DNA of 64,000 nucleotides from an uncultured Gammaproteobacteria bacterium (GTDB lineage Bacteria; Pseudomonadota; Gammaproteobacteria; JABCZS01): NCBI GenBank assembly GCA_964443025.1, contig CAYUEL010000001.1, positions 6,155 to 70,154 of the forward strand, read 5' to 3'. Shown piece by piece: positions 59,701 to 64,000 of this stretch (position 1 is its first letter; each line of letters starts with the position of its first letter). The notes under the pieces were generated by a model. It saw only the letters and a program-made list of their open reading frames with translations, ran no database searches and was not told where the DNA came from. The position numbers and the translations under genes were made by a program.

Positions 59701-62700
59701 ATCCACCCACATTGCTAATGCCTCGTACTGCGCCGCCTGTTGTGGTGAGTACATCTCCTGCAGCGCTGCTGAATGTACCCCCTGTGACAGAACCAATCAC
59801 ACCCCCTACATTGGTGTTACCGACAGTGCTGCTTGTTGCAAAACCCACAGAACCTGAGCTGGTTAAAGTTCCTTGAATGGTTCCTCCTGTCATGCTACCT
59901 ATCACACCACCAATGTTTGAATTAGACACAGTGGCAGCGGTTGTTACATTGATGGAACCCGAATTACTTAATGTTCCTGTGATGGTACCTGCACTCAATA
60001 AACCAATTACACCACCGACATTCGCACTACCGCCCGCCGTAAAATTAGAAGTCACAGCGACTGTATTAGTAAGACTGCTCGAAAATGCACTGGAACTCGT
60101 GATGTTCATTCGACCAATCATACCGCCGACATTCGAACCTAATACCGTAAAGGATTTATTAGTAAGTGTGCCGGAAATCGTTGTGCTCGTTGAACCTGCT
60201 GCATCTAATAATCCCACCATACCGCCAATGTTTGTGCTATCAACGGGTGCTGTATAAGTCACATTATTTCCAATCGTGCTTGTACCGCTGAGTGTACCTC
60301 CTGTCATTTGTCCTATCATACCGCCTAGGTTTGTACCCCCGCTGTTTAATGTGAGTGTGGCTGTATCGGTACCATTACCATAGGTTTTTGTACCACTGAG
60401 TGTGACATTACTTAACAACCCGACAATACCACCGACACTCGTTGTACCCGTTACATTGCCATAACTTTGGAATGGGGCGCTGCCGAATGTGGCAGCCAAG
60501 CTACCAAGAATACCGCCGACATTGGTTGTTCCTGACCGCGCTATGCCGCCGCCATTTTGATTCGTGAGTGTTGTTGAACCCCAATTATTATTTGAAGCAG
60601 CACTCGAATTTAGACCAATAATACCGCCTACACCGGTCACACCGGTGACTTGTCCAAAGTTACTGAGGTTGTAAGTGGGTGTGAGACTCGTGCTACGGTT
60701 TTCACCAATAATACCGCCGGCACCTGAACCTGTTCCTGTCACAGCAGCATTATTGGTGAGTGTTACAGTGCTAGAACCATCCCCAAAAGTACCTCCACTT
60801 CCTCCAGCGATGGTCAAAGCACCAAATAATCCACCTACCCGGCTAGTACCCGATACAACAACACCTGCTGAAGTCGAAATAGTTCCCGTTCTTTCAAGAC
60901 GCATTATATTACTAGTAGTGCTTCCCCCGATTAATCCACCGACATTACTGGTACCTGAAATCGTACCGGCTGTCGTTTTAAAATCAGCGCTACCCGTAAA
61001 GGTAACGACACCGACATCCCCGAAAAGACCGCCCACTGAGGCGCCCGTACCACCCCCCACGGTAGTACCGGTGATACTACCTCCATTGGAAAGAGCACCT
61101 GTCATCGTGCCAGCATCAATGTAACCGGCGATTCCTCCTACCACTGAGCCACCGGTGACATTGATGCTATTGGTGAAACTGGTACCAATATTAACCGTAC
61201 TCGTGCTGCTTATTTTGCCAAAAATACCACCGACATTCGTACCCGCTACACTGAATGATTTATTATTGAGCGTGCTGCCCAACGTGATGGTTGTGTCATC
61301 AGTTGCTTCAAAGAAACCAACAATACCACCGATATTGCTGGTGTTTGAGATAGCGGAATAAGTGACATTATTGCCAATCGTACTCGTGCCACTAACAGTG
61401 TTAGTGCTTAAACCACTGGCGGTCATATAACCAACAATACCGCCTAAATTTGTACCTCCGCTATTTAATGTGAGTGTACCCACCGAGCCGTTACCATAGG
61501 TGTGTGTTCCTCCTAAGGCAGTTGTAGACACAGTACCATCAGTGAGCATTTTACCTACAATACCACCGACATTCGTTGTGCCGGTGACATCACCATAGCT
61601 ATTCAATGTCGTTGCAACAGAACCACCGTATATTCTACCGAATATTCCACCCACACTTTCTGAGCCCGAAATGCTACCCGCCGTTGTGTTGGTGAGAGAG
61701 CTGCTCGTGATCGTGCCACCTCTAAAGTCACCAAACAATCCGCCGACATTGGTTGCACTAGTTCCTGTGATATCACCACTGTTTTGAAGTACGCCTGTAA
61801 AACTACCCGTTGTCATTGCGCCCATGATACCGCCCAAACCGGTCGCGCTATTGCCGGTGACATCACCACTATTTGTTAATGCATTGGTAATGGTGATATT
61901 ACCCATTGCACCGAATATACCGCCGGTATTTCCATTCGCTCCCAAACTCACAACATCCGCCGCATTACTGAATAAAGTGGTTGCTGCATACGATGTTACT
62001 GCGCTCAAGTTACCAATCAATCCACCCACACTGCTAATACCACGTACTGTTCCAGCTGTTGTAGTTAATACATCACCCGCTGCAGCATTAAATGTACCGC
62101 CGGTGACAGAACCAATCACACCACCCACATTGGTATTACCCACAGTACTACTCGTTGCAAAACCAACATCACCTGTGCTGGTTAATCCTCCACGAATGTC
62201 ACCTCCCGTCATACTACCTACCACACCACCGACATTCGAATTAGAAACCGTCGCATCCGTTGTAAGGTTGATTCCGCCCGAATTACTCCATGTGCCTGTG
62301 ATAATACCTGCGCTCAATAAACCAATTACACCACCGACATTCGCATTGCCACCCGCTGTAAAATTAGAAGTCACTGCCACTGCATTCGAAAGATTATCAG
62401 CAAATGCACTGGAACTGGTGATGTTCATTCGACCAACAATACCACCGACATTTGAACCGGTGACAATAAATGTTTTATTATTCAATGTACCCGAAACGCT
62501 CGTTGTATCCGTACCACTTGCATCCATCAATCCAACAATACCGCCAATGTTACTATTGGTACTATCAACATCAAAGTATGCAGCTGTTGATGTACTGACC
62601 GTGCTCGTACCACTCAACGTGCTGCTACCCGTCATGCGACCCACAATACCGCCTAAGTTCGTACCATTATCACTCATCGCTAAAATGGCAGCACCACCGA

Positions 62701-64000
62701 ATGTTTTGCTGCCGGAAAGTAATCCACCATTTAATACACCGGCAATACCACCCACAGATGTGAGACCCGTAATATTGGCTTGACTTAATAATGTGCCTGA
62801 AAATTCCCCGCTACCACTTAAACTACCGACAATACCACCGACTCCTGTTCCTGCGGTTGCTAACACAACTCCCGTAGATGCATTCGTCATGTTGTAGGCA
62901 TTAGCGCCGCTGATCGCATAGGAACCAAATATACTACCGACATTAGAAAGCGTGCCTGTGCCTGTCACCGTCGCATTATTGGTGAGTGTTGTAGAAACCG
63001 CGGTGAATGTACCTGCACCTGAAACCGATCCAAATAATCCACCAATGTTATTACCCGTACCAGCCACCGTACCGGCTGTTGATATGACAGCTGTTGTTGC
63101 CCGGGTGAATGAACCACCGCTTAAACTACCCACTAATCCACCCACATTGCTTGTGCCTGAAACGGCTGATCCCGTTGTGGTTCTGAAATTAGCCGTACCT
63201 GACAGTGTGCCGCCTGTCATCGAACCAATCAGACCCCCGACATTACTAGCAGTGCCGGTAATCGTGCCGCTACTGGAGAGAGCACCCGAAACGGTACCAC
63301 TGGATAATAATCCTGCAATACCACCGACGGTACCAACACCGGTAACATTAATGGTATTAGTTAATCCGCTGGCGAATGTGGTTGCAGCAATTTCACCAAT
63401 GTATCCACCGACAATACTGGCGCTGGTGGTATTAATGGTAGGAATAGTCCAGGTTGTAGGGGTAAGTGTTGCAGTACCCTCCATTTTACCGACAATACCG
63501 CCGACCGTGCTGGGTGTTGTACTGAAATTCGCGTTATTAATGGTGATAGTAGGATTAGAAATAACACTGGTACCTGTCATCCTGCCCACAATAAATCCTG
63601 CACTGTCTGTGGTGGCTTTAACAAAGTGCGCGGTGCCGCTGCTGAAAGTAATGAGGCCTGTTGCGAGAGTAGCACCCGCCATTTCTCCGACAATACCACC
63701 CACGTATTGTGATCCCGTGATATTATTTCCAGTACCTGCGGTATTCAAAACGGTCAATGCACCCGTGAGGTTATTACCACCACCGCCCGTGAATAAACCA
63801 ACCAGACCTCCCACATTAGTACCTGTTCCCGTAATATTGCCATTAAACGTCATGGAATGTGAGTGTGCGGCAATCGTCGTGAGACTTCCAAAAACACCGC
63901 CAATATTGCTGCCTGATCCATTCACAGTCACCGTATCAGGAACACTGATTGAGGCTGCAGGTAAGGTACTGCTTATCATGGCGCCAACAAATCCGCCGAC
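50783..64000 (-). CDS. Giant (more than 4398 aa) Gly/Thr/Ser/Asn/Val-rich repeat protein of the GLUG-motif / beta-solenoid adhesin type; N-terminus runs off the window end
   Basis: A single open frame spans the whole 13.2 kb. It carries hundreds of about 19-21-aa units of the form ..NVGGLVG...GGT....S..TG.VSG.. It ends with GLUG-type repeats (TNVGGIAGSSSGTLENVLFGGTIDITLGATDVGGIVGSNSGTVSTSLAVGNITGSGTRVGAIAG...NSFYSTD) and a non-repetitive roughly 180-aa C-terminal region. It converges with the ybeD stop. Confidence 0.6.
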   Translation of the reverse strand, partial: VGGFVGAMISSTLPAASISVPDTVTVNGSGSNIGGVFGSLTTIAAHSHSMTFNGNITGTGTNVGGLVGLFTGGGGNNLTGALTVLNTAGTGNNITGSQYVGGIVGEMAGATLATGLITFSSGTAHFVKATTDSAGFIVGRMTGTSVISNPTITINNANFSTTPSTVGGIVGKMEGTATLTPTTWTIPTINTTSASIVGGYIGEIAATTFASGLTNTINVTGVGTVGGIAGLLSSGTVSGALSSSGTITGTASNVGGLIGSMTGGTLSGTANFRTTTGSAVSGTSNVGGLVGSLSGGSFTRATTAVISTAGTVAGTGNNIGGLFGSVSGAGTFTAVSTTLTNNATVTGTGTLSNVGSIFGSYAISGANAYNMTNASTGVVLATAGTGVGGIVGSLSGSGEFSGTLLSQANITGLTSVGGIAGVLNGGLLSGSKTFGGAAILAMSDNGTNLGGIVGRMTGSSTLSGTSTVSTSTAAYFDVDSTNSNIGGIVGLMDASGTDTTSVSGTLNNKTFIVTGSNVGGIVGRMNITSSSAFADNLSNAVAVTSNFTAGGNANVGGVIGLLSAGIITGTWSNSGGINLTTDATVSNSNVGGVVGSMTGGDIRGGLTSTGDVGFATSSTVGNTNVGGVIGSVTGGTFNAAAGDVLTTTAGTVRGISSVGGLIGNLSAVTSYAATTLFSNAADVVSLGANGNTGGIFGAMGNITITNALTNSGDVTGNSATGLGGIMGAMTTGSFTGVLQNSGDITGTSATNVGGLFGDFRGGTITSSSLTNTTAGSISGSESVGGIFGRIYGGSVATTLNSYGDVTGTTNVGGIVGKMLTDGTVSTTALGGTHTYGNGSVGTLTLNSGGTNLGGIVGYMTASGLSTNTVSGTSTIGNNVTYSAISNTSNIGGIVGFFEATDDTTITLGSTLNNKSFSVAGTNVGGIFGKISSTSTVNIGTSFTNSINVTGGSVVGGIAGYIDAGTMTGALSNGGSITGTTVGGGTGASVGGLFGDVGVVTFTGSADFKTTAGTISGTSNVGGLIGGSTTSNIMRLERTGTISTSAGVVVSGTSRVGGLFGALTIAGGSGGTFGDGSSTVTLTNNAAVTGTGSGAGGIIGENRSTSLTPTYNLSNFGQVTGVTGVGGIIGLNSSAASNNNWGSTTLTNQNGGGIARSGTTNVGGILGSLAATFGSAPFQSYGNVTGTTSVGGIVGLLSNVTLSGTKTYGNGTDTATLTLNSGGTNLGGMIGQMTGGTLSGTSTIGNNVTYTAPVDSTNIGGMVGLLDAAGSTSTTISGTLTNKSFTVLGSNVGGMIGRMNITSSSAFSSSLTNTVAVTSNFTAGGSANVGGVIGLLSAGTITGTLSNSGSINVTTAATVSNSNIGGVIGSMTGGTIQGTLTSSGSVGFATSSTVGNTNVGGVIGSVTGGTFSSAAGDVLTTTGGAVRGISNVGGLIGNLSAVTSYAATTAFSNAASVTSLGANGNTGGIFGVMGNITIANALTNTGDVTNNTDHANVTGVGGIMGTFSTGTFTGALTNSGTISETGTSATNAGGLFGLMSGGTIGNTSAVTFSSTGSVSGSTYAGGVIGQLSGGSFGSGAVLQASGKATTGSTISATTHAGGIFGYLNGVNFSNAMSTTTSPGTLTITATTSAGGLVGYMLDAQLSGSAAMSSASAFSSGITTVGGIVGRMEGASSRVSNSALSTTTVSAASATNVGGIIGHMLSVTYSGSNLSSIADVNSGSATKVGGIVGLMESSTLSSGATFTNTHTVTGAGTVGGVIGEANASTIAGTLAGSGAVSGTSNVGGLVGLITNSSTVSSTSTLSTSGGSVTGTSNLGGLIGNLAATTTYSASNTFTNAAAVSTTAAIDTIGGIFGVIGNLTIGNNLTNSGTVTGNSATGLGGIMGAMTTGTFTGTLTNTSTGVISGTSATNAGGLFGKVSGGTIGNTSAVTFSSTGSVSAATNAGGLIGQMSGGSFGSGAILQASGKSGGSTISASVANAGGIFGYLNGVSVGNAMSTTATLGTLTITSPDGAGGLVGLMENGAALTGTTSMSNAAIFGTSTNVGGIVGVLKDTSAISNTNLSSVAINTASSTNVGGVIGKLLNATFTSVINSIANVTGGSGTGGLIGHVKDSTISGGSVSTPLSNTHTVVGTTRAGGLFGWTEGATLSGVFRNTGNVDPVDKVGGIAGEVQATTLSGTYQLNDGDIVGGQYVGGLFGLVTKDGLNNFSTITNAAAMSTLSAASVAGNDYVGGLIGFIDASTHYDATTTTYTNGAAVSTTAAIDTIGGIFGGIGTDLAITNNLTNTGNVTGNSATGLGGIMGRLNTGSFSGILQNSGTISGTSAINVGGLFGNITAGAITSTSLTGTGNVTGTTNVGGLIGSVSTITIASAMNGSGTVLGTTRVGGIAGYVNGATLSGALTYSGNNTTPNSITGNLDVGGLVGTLNDGSLTGTKIYGNSLATSLALNTGSANKNLGGIVGHMSGASTLSGTSTVNTTTANYFSVDTTNSNIGGMVGLVDASGTDTAVISGTLNNKAFIVTGFNVGGMIGQMNITSSSAFANNLTNTVNVTSNFTAGGDANVGGVVGLLASGIIMGTWSNSGSINTTTDATASNSNVGGVIGSMTGGDIRGGLTSSGNVGFATSTTDGNTNVGGVIGSVTGGTFNALAGDVLTTTAGTVRGINRVGGLIGHLSAVTSYAAITAFSNAANVVSLGANGNTGGIFGAMGNIAITNALTNTGDVTNNTSDANVTGVGGILGTFSTGSFAGNLSNTGNISEVGGLSSNAGGLFGNVTGGTLTSLSLTDTGSVSGITNVGGLIGSATNITISAATTFTTTNGSGTTILGTTNVGGLIGHLSTGSTLGVANASVGSDVAVTSNSLTGSFIGGLIGKVASDITAFTSSGTFTNNATVSAIHTSGSTSNIGGIFGSFNRAGLTVATTFNNTGSVFAGSGVSTPNAASTKVGGIAGAILGSTFTGNMSNSGSVAGGDYVGGLVSYVQNGAFNGALSNTSGSVKGSNYTGGLVGYVDSGVTFGTTSSLLFSRTTGTTTIAGADDVGGLIGYLSNSSLSFQPTSASVTISGGTISITGVNHVGGLIGRMANTGTITAFSVGSDMVNHADVTGTGNFAAGIIAKLDAPDLTFANGMLNTGHIIGAFGVAGIIGEFNATGVTFSDLLENQGEIDSGDHAGGIMGDVNANFTANMTNSGSVSATGGTAGGILAVLSGTVSGTLHNKGIVSGVMNVGGIVGSMSSSDLGGNLTVGNAVSPIGIIALSSGASSFGYVVGSGKGSSISATNIHVYNDISFDTTVGSVTSVGGIIGSAQNVTLSGFNPSTYLIDTTINATGASEVGGVIGSADRASFAQNLTSLADVTGNSRVGGIIGSLAGSITNQIISGVTFTNSHNVTANADRAGGVIGYMKSTTLNGTLTSTAGNVSGVNDVGGVLGYSDLSNTFGTTSVLSLSRSSGATTITGTGNHVGGLIGYLSSNGLSFEPTSMSVTKSGSATIAVSGVSQVGGVVGYFANAGTITVFNPGSATNNANVTGSGDYVAGVYGRIELADIVFSNSLTNTGNVTASSSVLGVGGITSVVNTAVEFVGGASNSGTISGSTLVGGLFGSASSGTFSSAFSNTGNVGTSATSHAGGIAGSVSGGTFSGSFTSNATIGGSGVTDNAGGLFGSFSGGSVEGAGAFTITGGSVSGRDAVGGLIGSVSGTAAFTKRGVISATGSVSGTRISIGGLFGSVSAASQFTPLGGPAGGVTMTNNASVTGTTSTAENVGGVMGFYAGPSSNYKLVNNGAVTHNAGTRNTGGIFAVFKGASGWSGSLTNHGSVTANANDVENVGGIIGLGLGSINATLFNDGAISGGRYVGGIVGSWGGNYSGASGDINLAGTVNNQGNITGTTAFVGGIAGAIGNASSSSTNVPQISAAVTVGTNGVPLTITTGAAQSLGFVVGLVYNRGDLSATQVTVADSVSFSASGAALGLGGIAGAVGLNGSLSGFNTSGYNIYSNINVPTGTYVGSVIGALANTTMSQNLASLTNVTGNTQVGSVIGGSGPLFAAGTTFITGTITGTHNVSGVSKVGGAVGELDTTTVTGHMTASGNIDGSSSVGGVVGSMTNSSVSEAYFTGHVEGATDVGGIVGNLLSGTVARSYNNSTTTVEGTANATNVGGIAGSSSGTLENVLFGGTIDITLGATDVGGIVGSNSGTVSTSLAVGNITGSGTRVGAIAGTNTIAGTIDNSFYSTDTFSGLSPVSSNFGTNNSHSGNYSTLSLQSTYTGWQFPAVWMILNANYYATLSWCGASCAVPNPNIVPPSPPANLPGRGSLFGQEYSTVEQILDNTNDPVLDMEYSFTSRENSLQFYEVHVPEYAYLFVVAQFRGNVHTAQKTAAYAASLMANRKHEVKSIPGLNTDIIRPITPIVPITTIEGPAKS

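Noticed and set aside
51372..62783. Many plus-strand ORFs (for example 51372-51695, 55545-55994, 57714-58517, 61824-62783) encoding Pro/Thr/Val-rich PPT-type proteins
   Set aside because: They lie antisense and out of frame within the single giant minus-strand GLUG-repeat ORF. They are a by-product of its GGN/ACC-rich repetitive codons and are not independent genes.
1..64000. tRNA, rRNA, prophage or integron features
   Set aside because: No tRNA-like T-arm or acceptor pattern, rRNA, phage structural genes or attC/intI features were seen on reading through the window.

Overview
This 64 kb window looks like it comes from a Legionellales-type (Legionella/Coxiella-like) chromosome, judged from gene content. 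GC content was estimated by eye as moderate to low. The dominant feature is a Dot/Icm type IVB secretion system locus whose gene order differs from Legionella pneumophila. On the minus strand, positions 1-10711 carry icmJ (partial), icmD, icmC, icmG, icmE, icmK, icmL, icmT, an unknown 121-aa ORF, dotB, dotC and dotD. A divergent icmS-icmP-icmO operon lies on the plus strand at 10760-14661. A second minus-strand operon, icmW-icmX-orf482-icmV-dotA, lies at 23772-29659. Between these Dot/Icm blocks sits an AT-richer accessory island (14662-23600). It encodes an AAA+ ATPase with a C-terminal PD-(D/E)xK-like module, preceded by a 4-site alternating-orientation iteron array. It also encodes a YggU-like protein, a solo inverted-repeat element and a 1390-aa J-domain protein. 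That protein has a Gly/Ser/Arg linker and an unknown C-terminal module, and an overlapping acidic 144-aa partner ORF follows it. A Sel1-repeat protein with a poly-Ser tract completes the island. The right half (31189-50788) is core metabolism: leucine/branched-chain catabolism and electron-transfer flavoprotein genes, plus CutA, GFA, LemA, an M48 protease and YbeD. A second, diverged copy of the ATPase-plus-iteron cassette is inserted precisely between etfB and etfA. The last 13.2 kb (50783-64000) is a single open reading frame of more than 4398 codons. It encodes a Gly/Thr/Ser/Asn-rich repeat protein of the GLUG-motif type with kb-scale internal duplications, and it is truncated at the window end. 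No rRNA, tRNA, CRISPR array or transposase was recognised. The most novel-looking elements are the two ATPase/iteron cassettes and the J-domain modular protein with its overlapping partner. The translationally coupled unknown ORFs inside the Dot/Icm operons (orf121, orf482) are also of interest.
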